A stretch of 60,745 nt of DNA, filler included, from Rhabdomonas costata (Eukaryota), in the NCBI GenBank assembly GCA_019059605.1. It is 15 parts of 15 records of this genome, joined end to end, with 100 filler letters (N's around TTAATTAATTAA, not from the genome) between each part and the next. Parts side by side here need not be neighbours in the genome. Positions count along the whole stretch, not along the records: positions 1 to 3,976 come from JAHMHO010000425.1; positions 4,077 to 8,042 come from JAHMHO010000426.1; positions 8,143 to 12,126 come from JAHMHO010000427.1; 12 more parts are not named here. One strand, given 5' to 3'. The position numbers and the translations under genes are program-made. Of this stretch, positions 1 through 11,459 are shown piece by piece (the first letter of the stretch is position 1; each line of letters starts with the position of its first letter). Under the pieces are notes generated by a model. It was not told where the DNA came from and made no database searches. It saw only the letters and a program-made list of their open reading frames with translations.

Positions 1-3000
1 GTATATTTGCGGCAAGTCCCTACAGCAGGGAATAAAACAGCTTCTTTAGCCTGGGATAGTCCCGTCCCGGCCAAGAAGTGACGTCCCTGACTCGCCTCGT
101 CGGTCGACATTATCGCGAAAGGCCAGTCTGCATTTCAGCGGAGGGCCAGCAGATATGACAACTTCGAGCATCCGCGGCTGCTGCGAGGACCACTCAAGCT
201 TCACGGGCATCCATAGCAGCTCAGTCAATGCAGCAGCGCCACAGTCAGCCTGGATGGCCACTGGTGCAACAGCTCTTGCTGCAACGCAACAAGCTCCATC
301 AGAGCAGCACTGAGATGCCATCCCATCGCCTGCTTCAGCACCAGTGGCCGCTCCGCCATGATGGTGACAAACTCAAACAAATCGTTGTGTAGCAGAAAAG
401 CACCGGAAGTGTGGGGAGAAGGACTTTCACAGGTAATCCGCATACGAATAGTCCTTGGACATGGACCGCCGCCTGAGGCGACCAACGCGAAAGTCCACAG
501 CTTGAGCGGCTAGGATGCGCGACGTATTCAGGAAACAGTCTGAAAGTCGACCTCAGCAACTTCTCCAAGACAAGCGTCCGACTTGGCCAAAGCACTAACT
601 ACGTTGCAGTGCCCACATGCAGTTGCCACATTGGCGTGTTCATTGGATGAAAGGACCTTACCACATCAATGGCGCTATTCACAAAAATAAACAGCGCACG
701 TCCAGCTCTTCACAATAGGGCGAAGCTTGATAGGATGTGAGATTGATATAATGCTTTTCTGTTTTATGGTAAATGAGCAGAGTGGCGGGATGATATGGAA
801 GGCAAGCGTAAAGGCCACAACTTGAGTCCTCTAAGAGCAAACAGCTTCTTCAATGAATCTATGGTCTACTGTTCCCAGGAACAATTCAAAGAACAGGGTG
901 GGCAGGAGGTCACCTGGTACCGAAGGGTAATAAATGTATCACAGTGCAGCTCAAACCAGGCGTGACGACGAAGAGCAATAAATCTCTGCGGGATGAGGTC
1001 AATCTGCAGAAACAAGAACCCGGAGTCATACACATTCTTCCATGCAGGTCGAAGAAAGCGAATTTGCAAAAAAGAGCTGGATGGAATCAGATCTAGTAGT
1101 AGAAAGAGTTCCTCCAAAACAAGTTGTGCAGCACGTTCGCAGAAGCTACGATACGAGAAAACACTGCAACTATACACTGCTTTTTGATTTATATGAGAAG
1201 CAACTGTTGAAAGACATGCAGTGAATTAAACACACTCATTTGAAGTGGACGCGAGTTAAAAATGGTGGACAAAGCTTTGAAGAACGTGAGGATATGCCAG
1301 TTTTGTGACGTGCAAAATTGAGCAGCTGTTTGAAGCGGTCTCCAAGTTCTCCAAGTCAGCGTTTGTCAGGTCTCCAACCCCTCGAATAGTGACAATAATG
1401 GATGCCAACTGCAAAGATGAGAGTCGTGGGTTAGCTTGGCAAAGTACATGCAAAGTAACTGTCATGGCATCATCCGACCACCACAATGAAAGCAAATGTG
1501 AATGAAGTTATGTGGCCTGGAATAAATCAGAAACATACTGTACTTTAGGTCGGCGCCAGGCGTCGATTTAAAATTCGTTGGGCGCGGTTTAGACCCTGAA
1601 CATCGTCAAAGGACACCAGCGGGACCACAATCACGTGCTACCAACCAACAGCTTCCATTTTAATTTAGACAATAGTGGTTTAGTGTGCAAACCGCCGTTT
1701 CGAATGAAGAGAATTCTAGAGCTTGGCACACTTTATGAATTCCAACCAGCGCTCGAGACGGGACCTCACTTGAATGTGGCAGGAAAGTCCCTGTTTCCTG
1801 AACACTCAATTGTGGGCTCTCGGGGCTTTTTCCAAATACAGTGATCCACTGCTTACTCAACTACCTCTTCCTCTCAGTATCTTTCTCCCTCCCAATTCTG
1901 TGTGAAGGGGGAAATGTTACACTGAGAAGTGTGTCGGGATCTCACCTCACAAACAAGCACTGCAGATGTTTTTAACTCTCGTAACATTAAAAGTCCTAAG
2001 CCAGTCAAAACCTGCTGGAAATCTCTATTCCTCATTAGCACGTTCTCCAACCTCCAACGTCCCACGTCAAAGTGCAAAACCGCTTCCACAAAGTTTCAGA
2101 AAAAATCCGCACAATCTTCTAAAGCAATAATTCCCGATGCAAACAAACCGAGCTCTCCATTTGCATGCACAATGGCAATTTAATCTGTCATTCAGCTCCT
2201 CCAATTTCACAGACAAAGTGAGGAAATCAGCTGCGCTCCAGTCGTATCTGGGAAACTCGAGGTCCTTGTCATGCAGTTTGCGAAGCGCTCTACTCACTGC
2301 ACTGCTGCTCTTCCGGCTCCTGGTCACTCTTTTACACTTGGCAGTCAACCATTTACTCTTAATTTTTGAACCGTACTGTCCGTAAACTGCTGTGTCGAAC
2401 TCTGCTGCTATTCAAGCTGTCGAAACAGCGACGCTGAGTCATTAATAAAAGATTAAAATCTCTGCTCCATCCTCTGCGCCGTGTGTGCGCGTTCTCATGA
2501 CATCACGTCCGCTCATTCAATCATTACAACACATCAGACCACAAATACAAGCTTGAATCAATTACACAGGGTTGGACTAAAGATAGTTTTGCTCTTCCAG
2601 ATGATTTGAGACAGGCACACAACACACACTCTGTACAAGCAAGTCATCACTCCGCATTATACCAATCAGTGCCACAAACGCCTTGCGTGTCTCTGGCGGG
2701 CTACATGCCACAGGCGGTCTTATACAAACATGCCTCGCACTAAAAGTCCCACAATAGACTCTGATACCACGCGACAAAGAGCGCTACGCGCTTTGCACCG
2801 CAAAATGTATTCTCCAACCAATCCTCTGCTACCACCTGTAAAGTCCCAGATTTATGCCTGGCCACATGTCACGGTAGATTTAAAGGACTGCGGACACTGC
2901 CTGTGGAGCCCTGTTTACATAACACCTGTAAAGCGCGTTGTATGCTTCCGGAGCTTAACTTGTTATACACCAAAGACCTGGATTTGATCTAACTCATTCA

Positions 3001-3976
3001 CGACGCATGCTTTTCTCGGTGACCTGACGTTTGTAGTGCTTTCTCATCGTTCTGGAATGGAGGAGCTACGATGGTGCGAGGGCGCGCAAGCATCAACTCC
3101 AAAGCTCAAAACTCTTGGAAAATTGCATGCGTGTGCGCTGCCATTCCAAGTTGAGTGTGCACTTTAACGACATGATGCTTGTGATGTGCTTTGGATTTCC
3201 ACTCCTAACAAACACGAACACGTGGTGTTGTTTTGCGCAACTCTGCATCTGTGTCGTGGACCAAGCTCTGGAACAGTGCCACTATTATTGAACTTTCTCA
3301 ATCGATTGGTAATTGGGCTCTTCGCACAACTCTTACCCATCGCGAAGTGAGAAATGGTATATCCAACTCGAATGGGAAGTACTGCAGTTGCGCTAAGGTA
3401 CAGCACTGAATAACTAAACCATCGGCGTCGGCAGTCTCGGACAACACTCACATCTGCACCAAGGGTTTAACCTGAAAACTGCCACTCCTTGGGCCCCTTT
3501 GCAGACACGTTCACTGTCTTTGCGCCGGCAGGGTTCCATGGGCCATCTCGGGCCGGGTCGAAGCCCTTTGGTGGGATCTTGCTCAGCGGGCCTTTGGGAG
3601 CCTTCTTGGAGGGCTGCTGCGCCGCTCCGGCACCACCCGCCGATCCCCCACTCACAGAAATCCCCTTGCCAGAGTACACAAAGCCCTGCTCCTCGTGGCT
3701 TTGACTGCTGGGCTCAGCAGTCTTCTGGGCAGAGGCCTCGTCCTCCACTACGAGGGAAAGCCCCTGGTCACCAGGCAAAGGATCGGCGCTGCGATGGGCG
3801 CTCCCGCTTCTACTGGTGCTGCCTTCCCTGCCATCCTTCAGTGAAAGCCCCTCTCCATAGAAACGCTGCAGCACTTCGGCGGGTGCCTGATTAAAAGAAG
3901 AGTGCGGGGGCCGAACCCATGACAGGTAGATGGACAAGCTTGACAAAGCTTCGGGTGGGTAACACACCCCAACAAC

Positions 3977-4076
3977 NNNNNNNNNNNNNNNNNNNNNNNN
4001 NNNNNNNNNNNNNNNNNNNNTTAATTAATTAANNNNNNNNNNNNNNNNNNNNNNNNNNNNNNNNNNNNNNNNNNNN
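3977..4076. other. Artificial contig linker (N-run + TTAATTAATTAA + N-run), recurring about every 4.05 kb
   Basis: The same 12-mer with stops in all six frames sits inside N-runs at ~4021, 8087, 12171, 16250, 20315, 24376, 28432, 32478, 36527, 40574, 44622, 48666, 52712 and 56755. The intervening contigs are all ~3.94-3.99 kb. Confidence 0.98.
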
Positions 4077-6053
4077 TTGTTGGTGGAACGACGACAGACA
4101 CCCTTCTACCACTGGGCGTGCGGGAGACGTGCGATTTTGTGGAGACCGTGGAAACACTGCGCCCAACGGCAGCATTTGCCTCAAGTTTTACCCAAGCTTT
4201 CCAAGCTTTCACTCACCGCCGTATACTTCAGTCGTCGCCCGAACCACGCCGCTGAGTGGCATGCTCCCGTGCACCCGTCGGTTCGGCCACGGCGCTCACC
4301 GGGAAGCGTCTATGAGGTTCTGCCCGCCCTCAAATGTCGAACGGGGAACAACGGAGAGGATGCTGGGGGGTGAGGAAATGCCTCTCTGCTGTGTGGCTTT
4401 GGGAAAGAGTCCATTTCGGAGAGCAGGAGAGTGAAGATGCCGGCGTGAGAAGGCACACCCGTTTCGGAAGGCCTCACTGTAGGGTGCGGGTGGATGATGT
4501 CTGGGGAGCGAAACCCGGGAATGAACGACAGTGTGGTGATGGGCAAGTGCTATTGCTGTGATGCAGACGCTACCATTGGTTTCACTCTCACTCGCCAAAA
4601 ATCAACGGGCGTATGAACCCGTGTCCGCGTTGAGCACTGCCAGGGCTTTCCCTGAGAGCTTCACCCCTAATGCGGGCCGTGGGTTGACCGAAACTCCTGG
4701 TACTGAGACCGTGGTTGCTGGTAGGCCAGGACGACGAGGGGTGGTGGTCGGGCGCGGCGGTTGGGGGCGGAAGGAGGTTGCTCCGAAGCAGCCTCGCGTC
4801 CCTCTCCCCGTTGATCATTTCGGACAACTAACTTCACAAGAACGACGAGGCCAAAAAAGAAAGAATGAAGCTTGGGTGGAAACCGGCATTGGCTGCGCTG
4901 TGAGTCGACGTAGGTACCTTTGCCTGCACCAGCGTTTGATGCGCAAGAACAGCGAGATGCCGTGCTGGCAAGACATCGTGGCTTGTCCTCTTTGCTCACT
5001 GCCTTAACTTATTCGGAACGGTTGTCTGCACAACAGAAACCCGGGACCTGTTGTGGTTTCTTGGTCCTTTGGGGTGAACTCCCCCCACCCCGCTGACAAC
5101 CTGAAAGGGGGGCGGGGTGACACCTACCCTCACGTGCTGTCACGCTGACGGCCCCTGGCGATCCACTCCAAGGAATCGATAGCCCAGTCCCGCGTCTCAG
5201 GTGCGGGGTAACCTGTGGCCCCTGAGCAGTCACCAGGAGCCCAGGGTGCAACCACCAGCAGCAGAGCAACCGCGAAGGCCCAACACAATGGGACAGGGCA
5301 CTTCTCAGCCATTCGTCCAACGAAAGAGAGGTTTGTGAATGCGAAGGTCGGGCTTGAGTATGAGAGGGAAAACGCAGAAATGAGGAAAGGCCGCCTAATG
5401 AGCGAAATCTGAGGCCAGAAGGAAGGCATTGTAAAATAGAATGCACCCGTGCAAAACAAAGCAGGTTACACCGTGAAGTAAGAACCTATCATTTGAAGAA
5501 AAGAGATTTTGCCCTGATTCACACTACGTCTATGAAACTTTGATTTCCAATGAGCTTCAATGTTTGCTTCAGTGCGGCTGCAGGACAAAAAACACTCCCA
5601 GTTGCTATGTGTGTGGGATCGATGAAGATCAGTTCACCTTAATTAGAAGGACACTTTGTTTACACAGAAGAGGAACTTCTGAAAATGAGCTTTGCTCTTT
5701 GCTTATCTTGCAAAAACTGTGCACTGCTGTAATGGTAACGAGGTCCTTAAACAAAGCAGACCGACCCAGGAACGAAGAAAAATACAGGTGCTAATCAAAC
5801 TTTGCGGGGCACGCAATCTTGCTTTCGATGCGGAGGAAGAATAATCCCACAACAACATCAACAGCAGTCAGCTCAGCATTGCGTTTGTGCGGTACAAGCA
5901 CACGAGGACGCATCCTGCGCAAAGTGATTTTGAGGGTGACAAACCTAACTCGCACCAGTGGCACCTCAAGCCTGCGTATCGCTCGGATTCCTCTTCGCGG
6001 GCCGGTTGGCGAACACAACGAGGTCAGGAAAGAACGCAGACTCCTTGAGGGCC

Positions 6054-7767
6054 CTAACCCCAACTTCCCCAACTGGGCACCCCGAGGCATACAAGGTGGC
6101 CAACCGCTGAGGCGGCGAGGCATTGCAGCCCCTCATCCCCGACCTTAGACCCGCACACACTCAAAGAGGTGAGCCTGGGAAATCTCTCCGATGATGAAAA
6201 TGCCAGCATCCCAGCGTCTGCGACCTGACTCCGACCAAGATTTAGCGAGGTCAGAGAGGTAGAGAGATACACAGACGCGGCGACGGCATATGCGGAAAGG
6301 TCCCCGATGGGGTTTCCATAGAGGCTGAGATCAGCGAGTTTGGGAAATCCACAGGAGGTCGCCAGTGCCTGCACCCCAGCGTCTCCGATGCCATTATGAC
6401 TTAAGTCCAAATAGGTGAGCTCGGAAAGGCAGTTCGAGGCCGCCAGAGCTTCAGCCCCAAGATCGCCCGCGACGTTGCCCATCATTTCCAGAGAGGTGAG
6501 CCCTGCAAGAACTGATGACGGGTTCACCAGTGCACGCATTCCCGAAACACCGACCTCGTTGCTGCCGATAAATAAGTGCACAACGCTAGTGAAGTGAGAG
6601 CTGGATGCTAGGGCTTGCACCCCCACATCCCCAATCCCATTAGCACCGATGCATAAAGAGGAAAGGCAAGGAAATATCGCGGAGCCTGCGAGTGCAACCA
6701 CCCCGTCCGAGCCGATCAGGTTGTCATCCAGAACTAATTTGGTGAGGCAGGGGAAGTTAGGTGATGCTGCTAAGGCTTGCGCCCCCAGGGTGCCTATACT
6801 ATTCCAGCCCACAATTAAGCAGGTTAGGTTTAGGAAGAAGGCTGAGGCAGCAAACGCTTGTATTCCCGATCTGATTGTTCATCAGATTCAGCGTGTTAAG
6901 AAACGGAAAATGACGGGATGCAGAAAAAGCTTGCAGGCCCAGGTCTTCCACATGATTTCCACTGACGTCGAGCGATGAGAGTTTTGGAAACCTGCTCGAA
7001 GCCGCAAGTGCTTCGATTCCCGCTGAACCAATGCGGTTGTTGCTCACACTGAGTGAGGTGAGCTCCGGAAAAGAGGGAGAAGCGGCAAACGCTTCCAGTC
7101 CAAAGTCTCCGATGTTATCGCCAATGACATCCAGCGAGGAAAGTTTGGGAAAGTGAGCTGAGGCCGCAAGTGCATGCAGTCCCTGATCCCCAATCTGATT
7201 CCGGCTAAGATCAAGCGCCGTAAGATTGGAAAAACACTTAGAAGAGGCCAGTGCTTGCGTTCCAAGTACTTCGAGGCGATTACCTATGAGATCTAGTGTG
7301 CTAATGGCAGGAAAAGAAGACGAAGCTGCTAAGGCCTCCATTCCCCGAGCACCAATGTCGTTATCACGAAGCTCCAATGAGATGAGCCCAGGAAAACAGG
7401 GCAACGCTACCAGCGCTACCAAGCCCTTGTCCCCCAACTGGGCGCTGCTGAGGTCCATTTCGGTTAGGTTTGAAAAGGCACTCACCAGAGGAGGGGTATC
7501 AGGGTTTTCCTCCCCAAGAAGTAGCTTTGTAAACTGCATCTCCCTCACCGAAATCCGTGCTACCGAGCGAAAAATACTGAAAGGCAGGTACTGCACTTGG
7601 CGTGACCCACACATTGCCAGAGGACGAAAACTGAGCCTCCATTCGCATGCCAGAAAGTCGTCCACAAGGCGCCGAAACTTCTGGCATACAGCCCGCAGCA
7701 GCAACTGCTGCTTCGCTCCAAGAAACCAAAAGCTGCACAGCCAAACCTCGTTAGGAAGGTGAACCAT
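6054..7767 (-). pseudogene. Intronless F-box + leucine-rich repeat protein (about 16 RNI-like 28-aa repeats), frameshifted at ~6861 (pseudogene or assembly indel)
   Basis: N-terminal F-box LPNEVWLCSFWFL...LRAVCQKFRRL. Repeats follow LxxLxLxxNxIGxxGxxALAxSxxFPx. ORFs 6799-7767 and 6054-6812 join if 8 nt are missing: NNQIGN-(1 nt)-QAFAASAFFLNLTCLIVGWNSIG, whereas the other repeats have 3 codons at this position. Confidence 0.85.
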
Positions 7768-8142
7768 TCATAGGTTAGGAGAACGCCACCACTGAAAAGC
7801 CTGTGCGTCAAATAAGTGCACAGAAGGAAAAGGTCAACGCTTGCTTCTTTGACACTGGCGGAGTTGACAATCTTCTCGTGCCATCGACAGCAGCAGAAAG
7901 GTACACTTACTGGGGAAGTGACCACGACAGGTTCACTATGAAAGATTAGCGGCTTTCATCAGCTTTGTAGGAATACAAGCCCGCCTTTCCCCACTCCCAC
8001 ATCCAAGACATTGGATGAAGGGTGTGAAAATCCCGAGCTCCANNNNNNNNNNNNNNNNNNNNNNNNNNNNNNNNNNNNNNNNNNNNTTAATTAATTAANN
8101 NNNNNNNNNNNNNNNNNNNNNNNNNNNNNNNNNNNNNNNNNN

Positions 8143-8389
8143 GGGGGTGATTACTTTTCTGATTTCCTTTGCATAACATGACTTGAAACCATTGAAGCAT
8201 TAAACTTCTCAGCGCGGTGTGCTCTGAGAAGTTTAATGCTTCAATGGTTTCAAGTCATGTTATGCAAAGGAAATCAGAAAACTGGAACTGAGCAGCTGAT
8301 ACAAGCGGGGTGATTACTTTTCTGATTTCCTTTGCATAACATGACTTGAAACCATTGAAGCATTAAACTTCTCAGCGCGGTGTGCTCTG
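8143..8389. repeat. Direct duplication (~83 bp) with an inverted ~57-bp copy between the two direct copies, at the contig start; probable amplification fold-back chimera
   Basis: GGGGTGATTACTTTTCTGA...GCGCGGTGTGCTCTG occurs at ~8143-8226 and ~8307-8389. Positions ~8224-8281 are the reverse complement of the preceding sequence. Confidence 0.85.
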
Positions 8390-8489
8390 CAACAGCGTGC
8401 TGCGTAACAACGTGTTGATTTGAATGGATGGGCAACAATCATTACACAATCAGGAACTGAGCGTCAACTCCGCTGATGTATTGGATCAG

Positions 8490-8900
8490 AAACAAGGCTG
8501 TTTTGCCGGCCGCCGATGCCCCAGGCGCAGACTTTGAGCTGGCCAGTGCGGAGGATGTTGTCATTTCAGCTGGAGACAATGCGCCTATTCCTACGTACGG
8601 GTCGTTTGAAACACCAACCTTCATGTATAGACGCATTTCCGCGAGCAGTGGCTTGTCCTGAAAGCACCACAGCTCAATTGCAGCTGTAGTAATTTATTCC
8701 TTCTACCAAGATAATGTGAATGCATTGCTGTTAACGACAGAATTCGTGACCACAGCGTCCAGGAATATGATGTTGCTTGTGGTACATTGTGGCACCCCCA
8801 ATGCGCTTTGTTCCACAACCTCCATGAAGTGTGCGAGGTGAAGGCGTTTTTGGATCCTCTGTATCGTAACAAACTAAAGAGGCACTGGTAGTTTAGAGCT
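8490..8900 (+). pseudogene. Decayed trimeric dUTPase
   Basis: Translation AVLPAADAPGADFELASAEDVVISAGDNAPIPTYGSFETPTFMYRRISASSGLS*KHHSSIAAVVIYSFYQDNVNALL aligns by eye to motifs AGxDL, RSG and GVIDxDYxG. After frameshifts, EYDVACG and RGTGSL resemble the later motifs (RGxGGFGS). In-frame TGA at 8659-8661. Confidence 0.8.
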
Positions 8901-8964
8901 GCTAACCCCAGAAGTGATTAACCACAAAGCCGCCGTCACACAGCTTCTTGGCGTACGGCGGACG

Positions 8965-9610
8965 GCAGTTCGATAGCATAGACGAGATGCTTGATCAAGT
9001 TGGGGGGCTGCTTCTTTTACAAGCTTGAAGGGCTGTCTGGATCCGGGTCCACCAAGACTACGTGGAGCGTTCAGCCTTCAAAACGCAGCTTACCAGCCTA
9101 AGCCGGTACGACGCGGCAATACCCAAGCTCCTTTCCGGAATACTTGAACGGGATCTTTCAAAAGATGTGTCCGTCCGCCGGGGCGGCTTTGAAGCCGGGG
9201 TCTGCGTGTTCATTTCCTTTAGAACTGGAATGGCACCCCTGCACAAAAACGTTTTTTCCAATTGACATTGGCCGGTGCCAAAAAATGTCATCATTCCTTT
9301 GTTGGGGCGGACCGCGCGACGGTGGCAGGGCCAAGGGCAGACCTTGAGCAGAATGGAAAAAAAGCGCAGCAGGATCGCAGGAATAATATCCCGGGCTCAG
9401 AATCCCGCGTCTGCGCATGCTTATCCGGTCTCGTCAAAAAAGGTTACTGAAAGATGGCGGCATATGAACCAAGGGAGGACTTCAAGGCGTCATAACCCGT
9501 ATTATGCGCTACCTGCCCGGGCCTAGGGGCATTGAAGGCTACGGTTACCGGCACGTGCTCTGTGCGTAAATGCAAGATGGTGGATGAGGTGGGTTACTTT
9601 GGTTCGTTGT
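8965..9610 (+). mobile_element. Ty3/gypsy LTR-retrotransposon reverse transcriptase remnant
   Basis: Frameshifted pieces IDEMLDQVGG / CFFYKLEGLSG / IRVHQDYVERSAFKTQ match the gypsy RT consensus IDELLDxLxGAxxFSKLDLxSGYxQIRxxxxDxxKTAFxT. RKCKMVDEVGYFG (~9563-9603) resembles KCxFxxxxVxYLG. Confidence 0.7.
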
Positions 9611-10114
9611 TCCCCTTCCAGGGTTGGACGGACCTACTCAGCCAACTCGAAAGCTTGAGTCATTTTCAGAATTCGAGTTGAACATGGTGCTGTCTTCAGA
9701 TGATGTCGGTTGGACTTGGATTTGAAATGTCGATTTGACATTTTTACTTGGTAGAGTTCCAAAACAACCTGTTAATAACAACCTATTCTGCAATCTGGTC
9801 ACGGAGCATTGATTTATTCGTCAGGTGGTTGCTTGGAGCATTTAATTTGCTTGACTTAAATCGAGCCACTGAAGGAGTTACGCTGGAATGCCATCCACTC
9901 AGAAGTGCACTCGTCGGCTGTTCTCCCTAACCAACTTATTTCTTAGAATATCACAGCACAGGCGTGTTGACGCACCACTTCCTGTCTTCTGTAGCTCAAA
10001 AAAAAACGCCACCGTCCAGGTTCAGCGTTATGACCATGTGCCCAATCACACGGCAACAACATCAACGAAGGGTGAGAGAGAAAACTGCGCACTGCTTCAC
10101 GGGAAACGCCAGGT

Positions 10115-11459
10115 TTACTTGGCAGCAGGCTTAGCCTTCTTCGCGGCGGGCTTAGCACCCGAGGGCTTCGCCGCCGAGGGCTTGGCCGCCGCAGGCTTGG
10201 CTGCTGAGGGCTTAGCTGTGGTCTTGGCCTTGGGCTTGGCCTTGGCCTTCGCGTCCTTTCCCTTCTTCGCTGCTGGCTTGGGCTTAGCCGCGGGCTTCTC
10301 CACCTTGGGCTTAGTGGGTTTTTGGGGCTTGGGGATGAGCTCCAGAGGGTGGTCCTGAACCTTCTTGGTGGTGGGCTTGGGCTTCCACGGCTCCATACGG
10401 AACCTCCTGAGGTACTCGCGCTCAGGAGCAAGCAACCCTCTCCTGTTCAGGCGCTTGGTGAACTTTCCTTGGCCTCTCGTGGCAGCCGCAGCAAGCTCCA
10501 AAACCTTTCTCTTCAGCTTCAGGAACTCAGCCTTGATCAAGGCGGAGCGCTGTGCGCAGTCCCAGCAGAAACAATTGGATTGGCCCGAATTATCGTAATT
10601 CAACATTCAACAAAGGTTTTACATTCGCACCACGTCATTCTCTGCACACATGTTTGGCAAAGACCTACTCACTTCCCAGCGAGCATCGAATCAGACTTTG
10701 TGCACAGCCCGTCCATAGCCTCCTCTAAAGCATTTCATGTGAAGCCTTCCGGGCTTTCGTTTGTGTGACTGCTCGAAAGCTGATTCTCTTCACTGAAAAA
10801 CCATGAGCTCACAAAAAACAGCTGGTTCTGTCATGAGAGAATAGCATTGCACATAAACCAGAAAAANNNNNNNNNNNNNNNNNNNNNNNNNNNNNNNNNN
10901 NNNNNNNNNNNNNNNNNNNNNNNNNNNNNNNNNNNNNNNNNNNNNNNNNNNNTTCTGTCATGAGAGAATAGCATTGCACATAAACCAGAAAAAGTCAATC
11001 GGACCTGCTTGTGATTGTACATCACCCGCCAGCGCTCCAAGTCAGTGGACCAGCGCTTGTTACGGCGCTTCTGAATTGTGCTGTACGTTGTAGTGCCCTT
11101 CCACCTCTTCATGATCCCCTGCCGTTTGGCAAGCTTGGCAATTTTGCTGGCGCTCATCCGGTACGAAACCTGGGCGGGGGAAGGGCAAACCCGAATTAAG
11201 TTCCGCAACACCAAAAGAGAACGGTACTATAGACCATCAACTTCCAACGGTGCTCACCTTCTTCACCCGGAAAGGAGTCACTTGCAGGTCGTTCAAGTTC
11301 ATCATTCGTCTTTCGGAAGGCTTTCCAAGCTTGTCCTGGTTGAAGCACTTCCCATCAATCATGACCCAGTGGTTGTCCAGAATATCCACAATCACAGCAA
11401 GGGTGTTTCGAGAGCTTCCGTGCAGAATATTCACAACAGTGCCAATCTGGACGTACCGC
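10115..11459 (-). CDS. RPL14: 60S ribosomal protein L14 (eL14), exons 11459-11258, 11169-11005, 10549-10115; first exon unresolved (~11545)
   Basis: RYVQIGTVVNI...LAVIVDILDNHWVMIDG...RRMMNLNDLQVTPF (KOW/L14e) and KRRNKRWSTDLERWRVM. The two downstream GT-AG introns join in frame. The protein ends in a KPAAK-rich tail with TAA. Confidence 0.93.

Noticed and set aside
4021..4032. Regularly spaced TTAATTAATTAA motif every ~4 kb, and ORFs running through X residues
   Set aside because: Artificial concatenation linker inside N-runs; not biological periodicity.
7203..7215. GGCTAAGATCAAG match to the U2 snRNA 5' region
   Set aside because: It is the antisense of LRR codons (LDLSR), with no flanking U2 stem or GTAGTA branch-pairing sequence.
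8143..8389. Long perfect hairpin as a candidate miRNA precursor, MITE or hairpin telomere
   Set aside because: It sits at a contig end, is a perfect copy of adjacent sequence and switches strand at a short self-complementary site, which is the typical fold-back chimera of amplified DNA.
8659..8661. In-frame TGA as evidence of a reassigned code or selenocysteine
   Set aside because: It lies in a frameshifted pseudogene with degraded motifs; intact genes here end in TAA, TAG and TGA and have no internal stops.
10115..10606. Histone H1 gene
   Set aside because: No globular H15 domain; the K/A/P-rich segment splices in frame to RPL14 exons.
10826..10993. 41-bp direct repeat flanking an internal N gap (possible target-site duplication)
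   Set aside because: Identical sequence on both sides of a scaffold gap inside an RPL14 intron is most simply an unmerged assembly overlap.
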